From Octopus bimaculoides (taxonomy: Eukaryota), in the NCBI RefSeq assembly GCF_001194135.2, contig NC_068985.1, positions 108,445,252 to 108,498,374 on the forward strand: a stretch of DNA of 53,123 nucleotides, read 5' to 3'. The notes under the pieces are model-generated. The model was not told where the DNA came from and ran no database searches. It worked only from the letters and a program-made list of their open reading frames with translations. The position numbers were made by a program, and so were the translations under genes. This document shows positions 1 through 11,659 of the stretch, one piece after another; within the stretch, counting starts at the first letter, position 1; every line of letters starts with the position of its first letter.

Positions 1-48
1 CTTCTTCTTCTTCTTCTTCTTCTTCTTCTTCTTCTTCTTCTTCTTCTT

Positions 49-118
<70 letters not shown>
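1..118. repeat. Compound (CTT)n-(ATT)n microsatellite
   Basis: Read directly from the sequence. Confidence 0.98.
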
Positions 119-119
<1 letters not shown>

Positions 120-549
120 GGTGTGAGCTGGCATAATCGTTAGCACGCCTGGTAAAAGACTCAGTGTCATTTCGTCCGTCGTTATGTTCTGAGTTCAAAT
201 TCTGCCCCGGTCGACTTTACCTTTCATCCTTTCGAGGGTCGATGAAATAAATACCTATTACGCACTGGGGTCGACGTCATCAACAATTCCTCTCCACAAG
301 ATTTCTGGCCTTGTGCCCATAGTAGAAAGGATTATTGAGGCGGCGAGCTAGCAAAATCGGTAGATCACCGGGTAAACTGATCAGCGGCATTTCGTCCGTC
401 GCCACGTTGTGAGGTCGATTTTACTCCTCATCCTTTCGGGGTCGATAAAATAAGTAGCAATTGAACACTGGGTTTGACGTAATCGACTTACCTGTTTCTC
501 CGAACTTGCTGGCCTTGTGCCAAAAATTTAAATTATTATTATTACTATT
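119..549 (+). mobile_element. Two head-to-tail copies of tRNA-derived SINE family A (119-336, 338-549)
   Basis: Head ggcggcgagct(g/a)gcagaatcg-type, B-box-like gagttcaaattc, central ggtcgacttt..tcatcctttcggggtcgataaaataag block, and an (ATT)n tail. The central block resembles the Meta/MESC-type SINE domain (from memory). Confidence 0.85.
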
Positions 550-771
550 CATGTCGAACATCTGCTGTTGCGTATAGAACGAATACGGATATCGGCCGAG
601 TCCATCATGAGGATCACTCTATCACCACTTTTACGAGGTGGGGTAAACGTTTCTCTGTCTAGTAGCAATGAAAAATGCAGCTGTTTCGTGGATGAGCTTG
701 AAAGGACTGAGGGATAACACCATACACTTGTCTCAAACCCTCATCTACTTTTCCAAGTTACGCAAATTTCT

Positions 772-944
772 CTAAATGTGGGTGATGGTGGCAAAAATGA
801 TTACGATGTTGAGTAGAACAACGCGAAAATGGCGCCTATAAATTGGGGAATAAAAAATGAGTGATGGCTTGTATCCCTGGTGGTAAGAGGGAATCTGGAT
901 CGGTGAGGCTCCTTGGTTAGCTCTGGTTAAAGGCTTTCCTGTAT
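772..944 (-). CDS. Candidate alternative terminal exon with a GPI-signal-like hydrophobic end
   Basis: Acceptor gtccttcag (short tract); phase 1 matches exon D. Translates (N)TGKPLTRANQGASPIQIPSYHQGYKPSLIFYSPIYRRHFRVVLLNIVIIFATITHI*. Confidence 0.25.
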
Positions 945-1860
945 CTGAAGGACTGCATTTTACATATGTCGTGTTCACATATCTTATACAATATGTATGT
1001 TTTTCTTCATCTCATTTGTAAAAGAATACAAGTAAATGAAGAGCATTCTCATCGATGTCTTAATCTCAACACGCAATGATATATCTTCAAGCGAAATGAA
1101 AACACTTACTATTTCTTTCGGTAGGGTCTTTATTGCTTGATCGTTTAAATAGTTAACCAATTGACAAATATAAAAATATAAAAAAACATGAAATAGGACC
1201 TGTGCGTGCATTTATTATTGGCAAAATGACTTTCCCGAGGTACTATAAAATATGTTACAACACACGAGTTCACATCAAATACAAATGCAAAATATCCACA
1301 TATAAAAATGTTATAATACTTATGAGTTGAATGTGGGTTTGAACACTGAATCAATTCTCTTTATAACATGTACCATGAGAACGACGGAAAAAAGGAAAAT
1401 GCCAGCAAAAATATAACGAAAATTCCAAGACTTAGACATATAAACATTTAAACTATGTAAGCAATATACTGATAATACAACTACCACGCATTGCACATAT
1501 ATAAAGTATTGTTGAAAGTGTAGTACTAAAAGCCATTACATACTTATTACATAGAGAATTTTGATTCTGCGTAAATTCTGCTCCCTGTAAATGCAACCTT
1601 CCTCATTCCGTTTTTTCCCTTTCACCCAGACTTCGGGGTTTTCAGCTGCTTGGCAACTCATCTGTTAGCATCTTTAGTTATTAAAACCTGTGAATATCTG
1701 ATTCTCTTGAAACACTTTCCACAAATCGAAAGTATTACAGGTTTAACAGTATCTTAATTCTCAGAAACCCAGAGTGTTTCCTTCCAATATGTCGTTGCTA
1801 ATCGTAGATAATAACCATAGTTAAATGGTAAGACTTAGAGCACCTCGTATTAAAACAATC

Positions 1861-1953
1861 CAACAACAACAACAATAACAACAACAACAACAACAACAAC
1901 AATGGCTGCTAATATCATCAGTATAAGTTTAGTGAGACTAAGTATTTTGAGGG

Positions 1954-2011
<58 letters not shown>

Positions 2012-2154
2012 TGATGATGATGATGCTGATGATGATTATAATAATAATAATAATAATAATAATGTTTGTTAATATCATCAATATAAGTTTAGTGAGACTA
2101 AGTATTTTGAGGGATAATAATAATAATAATAATAATGATGATGATGATGATGAT

Positions 2155-2204
<50 letters not shown>

Positions 2205-2217
2205 TGATGATGATGAT

Positions 2218-2283
<66 letters not shown>

Positions 2284-2334
2284 GGTTGCTAATATCATCA
2301 ATATAAGTTTAGTGGGACTAAGTATTTTGAGGAA
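1861..2334. repeat. Minisatellite: three 47-bp units separated by (AAT/GAT)n tracts, preceded by (CAA)n
   Basis: Unit g(c/t)taatatcatca(g/a)tataagtttagtg(a/g)gactaagtattttgagg at 1908, 2068 and 2288. Confidence 0.95.
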
Positions 2335-2370
2335 GTGTAATGATATCGAGATGAAGTTAACTGAAGTGGT

Positions 2371-2513
2371 TTATTTCCAGATTTTCTTGAACCTTTGGTA
2401 CATCCTAGCTTGCACGTAGCGTCTACGCAGGAAACAAAGGCCAATGATGAGCACGAGAAGGAAAGAGAGTACTCCAGCGACGATGGCGTGTTCCATTGGA
2501 GGAGATGGTTCCA
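2371..2513 (-). CDS. Probable terminal coding exon E: transmembrane helix and cytoplasmic tail
   Basis: Acceptor tctgtgtcttctccttccag, phase 1 start. Translates (M)EPSPPMEHAIVAGVLSFLLVLIIGLCFLRRRYVQARMYQRFKKIWK*, a hydrophobic run of about 19 aa followed by RRR (positive-inside rule). Confidence 0.78.
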
Positions 2514-2891
2514 CTGGAAGGAGAAGACACAGAATAGTGATTTGCAGAGTTCACTTTTGATTTCTTCCTACGGTGTTACATCGTGCTCGAGTGCAAGGTA
2601 GCGTGTTCCTCAGGAATTATATTTTGTGAAGGTAAGGGTTACAGTGCATACGCTTCTCTGTTGGGTAGTTCTAGTCATTGCTGTTGATGTTTGTTTGTTT
2701 TTTTTCTTCTGTGGGATAAACCCTATCAGTTGGATTTGAATTTTCCGTTTCGGGGAAAGTGTGCATTATTTAAGATGGACTATTAAAAGTACCCATGTGT
2801 AATATTTCTTAAAGAGGATGTTCAGACTATGCAAACAGACATTGTTGAAAAAGGTCTTGTTATGGATTTTAGTGTTATTATTTTCGACAGT

Positions 2892-3127
2892 ATTAAGAGG
2901 TGGTGAGCTAGCAGAACTGTTAAGACGTCGAACAAACAAGAAAAAAAAAGAAAAAAGAAAAAAAAAACTTAGCAGCATGTCTTCTGGCTATTTGTGTCCT
3001 GAATTAAAATTCCACCTAAGCCAAATGCAACTTTTATTCTTTCGGAGTCGATAAAATAGAGTACCAGATGCAATCCAATATACATGGCCCTAAAATTGCT
3101 GGCCTTGTGCTAGAATTTGAAACAATC
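2892..3127 (+). mobile_element. SINE family A copy with 12-bp target-site duplication
   Basis: attttcgacagt at 2880-2891 and 3128-3139; internal A-rich expansion at about 2930-2968. Confidence 0.8.
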
Positions 3128-3820
3128 ATTTTCGACAGTGATGCGGTTGTCCTCATTACGAAATGTTGGGTAATGAGAACACCAAGGATGAAAAGAAGAA
3201 TCTAGAAAATGACGTTTTGAGAAATTGTTTAAAAATCACTTATCAAATATTCTAGTGAATATCCAATAGAATGTGTTATATCACAAATATAAATCGATAT
3301 TATATAGATATGTGAATATTTCCTACAACTCTGTTTTTAAAATTAAAAATAAACAGATGCAAATAATGGGATCTCCCGAACTCAGATACGAATGGCGAAT
3401 ATATAACTATTATGCTTATTGATAATTGAGAGCTGGGATCCATCAAGCTGACTTCTTATATATACTTTTTCCAAATTATATGAAGTACTATATCGACTTT
3501 CAACCCCTTAATTGATTTGCGAAAGTTAAACATTTTAGTTCAAAAATAATGTTGGCATGTTGATACACATGACACTTGAAAGAGAATCACACTCCTATTT
3601 ATTAAGGATTTTCTCGAATTTCGCAGTAGAAGCAGCCCCAGAGTAAACTTTTTATCTATATAACGTTCAGCATATGAATATGGTAGAAAAGCACTGCAGC
3701 TACAGCTTATCTTCTAGGAAACATGCGTTAAATATGTTACATAGATAAAAAAAATTTACACTACAGCTGCTTCTATCTCATAATACGAATTGTTTTCGTT
3801 TACATGACGTCATTACATAC

Positions 3821-3911
3821 CAGTGCATTCTTTAAACACTGTTTCTATAAACTTCAGACTGGCTATTTTGCTTTTGCTTCGGAACGGACACGAAGACGTG
3901 ATATTGACAAG
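3821..3911 (-). CDS. Candidate exon (91 nt, phase 0 to 1), not in phase with exon D
   Basis: Acceptor ccgttttcacag, donor CTG|gtatgt. One frame is open (LVNITSSCPFRSKSKIASLKFIETVFKECT) and joins exon E in frame. Confidence 0.25.
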
Positions 3912-5370
3912 CTGTGAAAACGGCGAAATGCGCATTTGTCGCTTTCGCGGTCACTTCTAGGGCAATTTCCTTTCGTCTATTTCTGAAGATTAATGTTGTC
4001 TTTTTTAACGCACTATATCAATAAAGGAATATTCCCGAACGAAAAGCTGCGGCTCCTAACTTTTCAGCGATACACACATTAAATATCTTATATACATAAA
4101 GATTTTAATTTTGATTCTCTTTCATTTGTCATTCATGCCTAAGATAGTGTATAAAGAATTAATGGAAAACATAACAAGATATCTTGAAGTATTTAGTTGT
4201 TTTTATTAAAGTTTTTATTCGAATCCCCAAAATAGGATCTTTGTTTTTCACTCACCTTGATCCAAAACAATAAATACCAGTGGAGTAGTAAGTATTGGGA
4301 AAAGTTCCAACTAGATCTGATCAAGGATGAATAGAAGTAGATTTCAGATAACATAATTTACCCTACAATCTACTGGTATCTTAGAATGAACTAGTTATAA
4401 CACAAAAGTTACGTTGGCTCTGGGGGCATCTTAACCACCCAAGAAGGTTGCAATGCAGACAATAGCACAGAATGTGACAGCAGTGGAGTATCTAGAAGTT
4501 ATGAATTGGGTGCAGTCTTTCTCCCTTAGAATGTAAGGAATTAAGCACTTTCATGAGGTGAGGCTTCTTCTCTGAAGACTTGCTGTTCAGCTCTCCCTAA
4601 ATTTTCTCACAATATTCTTGCAACCTAAATGTGTATATCCACACTCCAAAACGTGTAACAATGTACCTATATAAGAAATCAATTATATAGCTGAATGTGA
4701 ATATATTACGTACTCAGTCTCAACATTAGCCTTAAAGATGTTAAACAACCCCTTTTAGTTTGGCTCACCTATGTTCTCCTCTGCCTTTCAAACTATGAGG
4801 ACATCAACCTAGAATATGACTAAGATATTTTATGTTAGAGACTCTCTCTCCTTCTTGTTCCTTCTCTCTTTCTTTTGAAATTGGTTGAAGGCTTCTTTGT
4901 CCTGTTTCTCTCTATCATTAAGCATAGTAAACTCAGAGCGTAGGAATGGTATACCTGATGTAAGTATAAGAGGGTATATTTATTGTAGCCACGTACAATC
5001 GTTGTACAAGATTTGTATATCGAACCGGTGTATATAACTAGTGTTTGCCGAAGATGTGTACAGCCGTTATGTACAGAAGGTGTGTATGGTTGATGCATAT
5101 GCTTTCTGGATATCTATTGTATACAGGAAGTGCATATTTCAAGCGCACGTGGTAAGTGACTACAGCTGATCGGTAGAGCAGTTTTGTATCGAAATTGTGT
5201 ATCGTAGATTAGCATTATATCTAAGAACGTCAATGGATTTAAATATTAAATATGATGGCTTTGTATGACCAGTGTCTATAAATAGCTAAACAGTGAGGAA
5301 AGGGGATAAGGAAACCGGGAATAAGATATGTATGTATGTATGTATATATATNNNNNNNNNNNNNNNNNNN

Positions 5371-5408
<38 letters not shown>

Positions 5409-6595
5409 GGAATGTATGTATGTATGCATATATAGCTATATGCGTATGCGGGTGTGTAACTATAGATATATAACACATACGTATATTCACACAAACACGC
5501 GCGCGCGCACACATGCTCGCGCAGAAACACACACATGCACACAAACACACACACATGCACACAAATACACACACACTCACTCATATATTTATATATCATG
5601 CATACACAAAATTATGAGGTATTTACAATTGTCATTTATGGTTTGTGTGCAGTAGACTAAAATGAGGATAACAGGTAGTGGTTAAATAATGTACAGCTTT
5701 GAGGCGTGTTGATAAGGTGTAGCCTATACTACGTACATAGCAATTAGTTTTACGAAATGAAGGTGCGGAATTTATTAGAAAGTGCGTCCTTTTAAATGAA
5801 TTTTAAAATCTAGTACCTATGAATACATTCAATAGATGCAATTTATGAAATTCTTTGATGGGTAAACATTTTTGTTTTTCCTGTTTTGGCTTAATACTTA
5901 ATGAGAAAAGGGTTGCCAATAACCAGTGCGTTGTTCCCTGTAAGTAACCTAAATAAAAAATAATATGGCATGCAGAGTAGGCCTTTCAGAAGCCTGTTTC
6001 GTTGATGCTACAGTATACTATACTAGCGTATAGTAACTCTTAAGCAAAGAGCTGCATTTGGACATATTGAAAATATGGAAAAATGGGGTTAGGGAAAGTA
6101 GTTTGCCTGTATCTGGTGGCTATGGTAAAAGAGGTAGTGTGGTGGACGAGTTTGAAAGGACTGAAGACAGATAATCTCCTCTTCGGCGAAGATCCACTTG
6201 AAAACAAAAGCGTTGGTCGAAAGAGAAGTACTGCCTCCATCCAGTATTTTTGTTGAAAGTTGGGTGAATGTGGCGAGGGTGACCTGTGTGAATGAGCCTA
6301 CTCCGAGCGTAAGCTTGTAAACCGGAAGAGTTGGGTGGGGAGAGAGGCATCTGCTGAGGTGACCCTAGCGATCGGGGTAACCAGGATATGTGGAGTTCCT
6401 TGGCTATCTCTAGGCGAAATATTCCTCATTTGAGGAATTTTATTGTTGAAATTTTGGTATTAATTGTTCTTGTTCCCCCTTTTTATACTCGAATTTCTGT
6501 GCTAAGTTTCACTTGTCCTTTGTGTTGTATTGTCTTTTTTGGTTTTGTGTTCAGCACTTGTGATCAATAAAAAAAGATTATTATTAATATTATTT

Positions 6596-6806
6596 AAAGG
6601 CACCGTGCTGCTAGAATCGTTAACACACCTGTCAAAATGCTTATCGGCATTTCGTTTGTCTTTACATTCTGAGTTCAAATGTTGCCGAGATCAACTTTGC
6701 CTTTCATTCTTTCGAGGTCCATAAAATAAGTACCAGTTGAACACTGAGGTCGATATAATCGAGTTAACACCTCCTCACAAAATGGCTGCTCTTGTGACAA
6801 AATTAC

Positions 6807-6865
<59 letters not shown>
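6596..6865 (+). mobile_element. SINE family A copy with long (ATT)n tail
   Basis: Matches the family A head and central block. Confidence 0.85.
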
Positions 6866-6866
<1 letters not shown>

Positions 6867-7670
6867 ATGTACATTGTGTCTCCTGAATAGGGAATATATA
6901 CCTAAGTGGACGTTTCCTTACTTCAAGTGTTAAGAAAGAAACGTTTTAAAGAACTGTAACCGTAACGTTTGGAATAATTCGTTATTTATAAGATTTAGAC
7001 TTGCATGTTGCAAGGGAGACAACTCTCAAAATTTCAAAACATTACTGTAAGAAGCAGGCGTCTAACTAGTCTTGTGACAGTTATAGGAAATGGGATCTCG
7101 CTAGAGAAAAAAACAGTGAACAGCAAATGAATCAGCAGACCTTAAAATTACAGGCTAATAACTTGCCTTACAACTTTCAAAAATCTATCAGACAGAAAAA
7201 TATATATATATGTTGCTCCAGCATGGCCGCAGCCACTTGGCTGAAACCCATAAATAAATAAATAAATAAATACCTGAACAAATAAATTACGTATTTTTAG
7301 AAGTGTAGAAAGGATACAACAAAAGCTCACGTAACTGTAAGAATCAAGAAAATAATCATAAATGAACGTAGGAAAAGAATGGTCCGAGTATGACGTGGAT
7401 TGACTATGAGGAAAATTCTGAAAAAGTTACTCAGACATGAATGATGGAAACATCGAACACCTATTGATACAGCGCCGATAATGGTTTAATGGAAATGATT
7501 CAATGAATTATGTAGAAAAATGTATAACAAAAATCAAGCGCTCACACATCTACATAACATGCGAAAGTAACCTTTCTGTGCACGGTAAACACACTAGATA
7601 GTAGAACATTCGAACGAACGGAAAAAAAGGGAGAATTAAGCAAACACTGCCCTCATGCATGATGCTATAT

Positions 7671-8054
7671 GTTGTTGGCACTCCGTCGCTTACGACGTCG
7701 AGGGTTCCAGTTGATGCAATCAACGGAACAGCCTGTTCGTGAAATTAACGTGCAAGTGGCTGAGCACTCCACAGACACGTGTACCCTTAACGTAGTTCTC
7801 GGGGATATTCAGCGTGATACAGTGTGACAAGGCTGGCCCTTTGAATTACAGGCACAACAGAAACAGGAAGTAAGAGTGAGAGAAAGTTGTGGTGAAAGAG
7901 TACAGCAGGGTTCGCCACCATCCCCTGCCGGAGCCTCGTGGAGCTTTAGGTGTTTTCGCTCAATAAACACTCACAACGTCCGGTCTGGGAATCGAAACCG
8001 CGATCCTATGACCGCGAGTCCGCTGCCCTAACCACTGGGCCATTGCGCCTACAC
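7671..8054 (-). mobile_element. tRNA-derived SINE family B with (AAC)n tail
   Basis: Near-identical to copies at 11285 and 40814. The tRNA-like head ggcgcaatggcccagtggttagggcagcggactcgcggtc has TCG in the anticodon-loop region, suggesting tRNA-Arg origin. Confidence 0.9.
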
Positions 8055-8209
8055 TGTATGATGCACACAGAGAGTAAAATCCCCCACAGTACTCACACGG
8101 TTGAACATCGAAAGAATGTAATAAAAATGAGTTTCGATTTTGAAAGAACTTTATTTTTTAGGACACCAGTAACAATAGAAATAGAACAGGAAACATTTTG
8201 TTTACTTAC

Positions 8210-8343
8210 TTTCATCACACATCATTTTCTCTCGAAACGGTGCTAATGATAAATCCCACATCTTTACCATGACATGTGCAGCACTTTTGGAACAGAATCG
8301 CTGGATACCATGTGATAGACAACTCCGATAGTCTTTCAGGATT
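8210..8343 (-). CDS. Coding exon D (134 nt, phase 2 to 1)
   Basis: Acceptor gcttcttgtttatattttag, donor AAA|gtaagt. Translates ILKDYRSCLSHGIQRFCSKSAAHVMVKMWDLSLAPFREKMMCDE. Confidence 0.88.
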
Positions 8344-8439
8344 CTAAAATATAAACAAGAAGCGTGATGTGTAGATTTCGATAGAATGTGAAGTCCTGCA
8401 TTTGATAAGCATATTCGGTGATACTCATGACAAACAAAC

Positions 8440-8745
8440 CGAGAAACAGCTAATTCTATTTCCTCTCTCTTGCAAGCAGTTCTTTTGGTATTTGCCTAGC
8501 TTACTGATTTCGCATGGAATGAGCAAACATCCCTTGTATATCTGTTTTCCCAACTTGCCTGTTTCCAGCCTGTACTTCCCAGTTGTAAAGCCCGAGATCG
8601 AATTGCGACAGACAGTCCTTGACACACTTTATGTTTTTTTGCTGAGGCCTTTTTCCTTCACCAGCTCTCTGTAAAACATCTGCTTGGGATACGACTATCG
8701 TCCTGCCGTATCAGATGTCCTTGCCCAGCAAAGACGGTGCTTGTG
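8440..8745 (-). mobile_element. RTE-clade LINE 3' ORF fragment, degenerate
   Basis: Minus-strand translation WARTSDTAGR*SYPKQMFYRELVKEK...KDCLSQFDLGLYNWEVQAGNR resembles the RTE C-terminus WAGHV.RM.D.R.PKQLLYGEL..G.R...KD.LK....WE.LA.DR. Confidence 0.7.
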
Positions 8746-8782
8746 TTTATGAGCATACACACTTACATACATATGTGTGTAA

Positions 8783-8821
8783 ATGTATGTATGTATGTAT
8801 GTATGTATGTATGTATGTATG

Positions 8822-8855
<34 letters not shown>

Positions 8856-8880
8856 TGTATGTATGTATGTATGTATCTAA

Positions 8881-8918
<38 letters not shown>

Positions 8919-8938
8919 CTCTATCTCTCTATATATAT
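8783..8938. repeat. (TATG)n-(TATC)n microsatellite
   Basis: Read directly from the sequence. Confidence 0.95.
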
Positions 8939-9136
8939 ACGTGTATTTGTATGCATATATGTAATATAAATATAGTATTTATTTCTGTATGTACATAAAT
9001 ATATGCATATTTATGTATGTATATATGAAAAGTTAGAGAAATAGAAACTGAAATTTCTTGAATCTTAACCCTGTCGAGTTACGAGTTACCTTTCACTTAA
9101 ATGATTTAAGGAACTTAATACATAAGCATTATATCA

Positions 9137-9313
9137 GTTTCAAATTATAGCACAAGGCCAGCAATTCCGAGGATGGGATAAGTCGATAACATGGACCCTA
9201 GGGCTTAACTGGTACACTATTTTATCGACCTTGAAAGGTTAAAAAGTCAAGTCGACAGACAATATGCCAGTAAGTATTTTTACACGGCGTACTAACGACT
9301 CTGCCAGCTCGCC
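9137..9313 (-). mobile_element. SINE family A copy with internal deletion
   Basis: Reverse complement shows ggcgagctggcagagtcgttag ... gtcgataaaatagtgtacc ... tggccttgtgc. Confidence 0.75.
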
Positions 9314-9443
9314 AGTAGGGCGTGCTATTATGTTAAACATGACATAGTCGAAGTATATTTAAGTTTATCTAAGAAAATGTGTGTGTGTGTGTAAACTGCA
9401 GTTTTTGAGAAACATTGTGATAATAGAAAAGTAAACTACTTAC

Positions 9444-9585
9444 CTGCATGTTCTCTTGTACTTTTGTGCCCGTGGTGGTTCATCTAATATAATTGCATGT
9501 AACTGGCGTGACCATATTCTGGAACATTGTCTTACTGTACCATTAACTTGTGTGTTGGATAGGCATCTTGAATTTTGTGCATACA
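9444..9585 (-). CDS. Coding exon C (142 nt, phase 1 to 2)
   Basis: Acceptor aaatattcag (pyrimidine tract further upstream), donor CAG|gtaagt. Translates (V)YAQNSRCLSNTQVNGTVRQCSRIWSRQLHAIILDEPPRAQKYKRTC(R), with an NGT sequon. Confidence 0.85.
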
Positions 9586-10149
9586 CTGAATATTTCACAC
9601 GATGAACACGTGAAAAAGTTGGTAAATATAAAGGAAAAAATAGAATTTTTAGATTACATTGAAACCTTACTAGAAATGATAGTATTGAATCCAATACTTA
9701 ATAATATTCAGTAACACCCGTTCACACTTCTGGCTTCATATACTTCCAAACTTTTTCATTCTTTCTTTACGTTTTCTTTCCTTTATTCTTTCCTTCCTTC
9801 AGATTGGTTAAAATGTTCCTATATTCTTGTCAATTTATATGACTTGATTTCGTTACTCACAAAATCATGATTTCAAACCAATGCTAGAAATTATTATTAA
9901 ATGGAAAAAAGAATTAAAAGAGGAAGGATGGATACTTTTATATTGGGTTCAATAAAAACAATAACAACATGTAACAAAAACATCTTTAAATGATTATTCT
10001 GGAGCATATTCACCATCTACTTCAATTACCGCTTCCCATTTGCTTGGCAGACGGTCAGACCATCATTTAAGGATGCTTTTGTTAAATATTTTTATTGTTT
10101 TTGCTGAATAAAATTTGTTGAAAAAAACCCGCAATAATTATGCACCAAC

Positions 10150-11005
10150 CCAATAATTGCCTCTAAATAGGGCCCAAAGCTAGGAGTTTGGAAGGAAGAG
10201 GTCAATTCATTATATCAACTTAGCACTTGACTGATACATTATTTTATAGATTACAAAAGGATGAGAAGGTAAGTTGAACTCGGCGGGATTTGAGCTCAGA
10301 TTGTAAATAGTCAGAACAAATACCGAAACATATTTTAACCGATGTTTTTGCGATTCTGCCTATGAATACGATTTCCGTCTTGTTTCATGATTGTTTGCGA
10401 TTGCTTTGCAGGTGTTTTTTTTTTCTTTTGGTTTGTGATTTCCCTATCATGTTTGCAATATTACTTCACAAGTTGAGCACTCGGATCGATGTTGAACGAC
10501 TTACCCCCTCCCCCGAAATTGCTGGCCTTGAGCCAAAATTTGAAACTAATATTAATTCACGAGATGAAGCAGCGAGCTGGCAGAGTCCTTAACATGCCGG
10601 ACAATGTGATTCGCGGCATTTCGTCCGTCTTGATGTTCTGAGCTCAAATATCACCGAAGTTGACTTTGCCTTTCACTGTTTCGGGTTCAATGAGACAGGT
10701 AACAGTTGAGTGCTGGGGTCAATATAATCGACTTACCACTCCCACCTAATTTCAGGCCTTGTACTTATAGAAGAATGAATTATTACTTCATGTATGAAAG
10801 CAGCGAGCTGGCAGAATATCTAGAGCATCAGATAAAAAATTTAACAGTATTTGGAAATGGCTCTTTACATTCTGAGTTTAAATTTTGCCAAGGTCGACTT
10901 ATCTTTTTCATCGCTCCTGGGGTCGAAAAAATTAAATACCAGTGTTGACTAAAACTCCTCACCTTGAAATTGCTACCTTGTGCCTAAATGAGAAACAGTT
11001 ATTAT
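10150..11005. mobile_element. Cluster of SINE family A copies: one minus (10150-10360) and three plus (10470-10556 partial, 10566-10787, 10797-11005)
   Basis: Repeated gcagcgagctggcag heads and ggccttg tails. Confidence 0.8.
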
Positions 11006-11284
11006 TTCACTATTGATTCTTGAATTCCCAGACTGTTTGCACATTTGCATTTGTAAAAACAATTGAGAGGCTTCAAATGAGTTTTTAATTAACACACAAA
11101 TTCTCTGATGCAGAAGTGTTCAACTAATAAATATTAAAACTAATGTCTATCGCCACCACACGTTTTAATTATTGATATCTACAAAGTACTGAAAACGGAA
11201 ATATTCATACCGCAGCAGAGATTGGAAAGCGATACGTTATTTTAATAGATTCACTAGATTTTGACATCTTCCTCTTCTTGTTAT

Positions 11285-11659
11285 GTGGAGGCGCAATGGC
11301 CCAGTCGTTAGGGCAGCGGACTTGCGGTCATAGGATCGCGGTTTCGATTCCCAGACCGGGCGTTGTGAGTGTTTATTTAGCGAAAAACACCTAAAAGCTC
11401 CACGAGGCTACGGCAGGGGATGCTGTACTCTTTCACCACAACTTTCTCTCACTCTTTCTTCCTGCTTCTTTTGTACCTGTATTTCAAAGGGCCAGCTTTG
11501 TCACACTGTGTCACGCTGAATATCCCCGAGAACTACGTTACGGGTACACGTGTCTGTGGAGTGCCCAGCCACTTGCAAGTTAATTTCACGAGCAGGCTGT
11601 TCCGTTGATCGGATCAACTGGAACCCTCGACGTCGTAAGTGATGGAGTGCCAACAACAA
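11285..11659 (+). mobile_element. Full-length SINE family B with perfect 11-bp target-site duplication
   Basis: cttcttgttat at 11274-11284 and 11660-11670; tRNA-like head; caacaacaa tail. Confidence 0.93.

Noticed and set aside
1908-2334. CRISPR-like look (constant repeats with variable spacers)
   Set aside because: The spacers are pure trinucleotide microsatellites, there are no cas genes, and the context is eukaryotic.
2381-2601. Plus-strand ORF MVHPSLHVASTQ... with apparent splice sites
   Set aside because: It is antisense to the TM exon, has no recognisable protein features, and has no compatible partner exons.
2371-3911. Resemblance of the C-terminus to JTB, LAMP, RAMP or an LRR C-terminal cap
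   Set aside because: Diagnostic motifs and Cys spacing do not match (no FW.FE of JTB, no terminal GYxxPhi of LAMP), and the upstream exons define a different domain.
11285-11360. tRNA-like sequences at SINE heads (also 7980-8050 and 41120-41190)
   Set aside because: They continue into a shared 300-bp body with tail and TSD, so they are SINEs, not tRNA genes.
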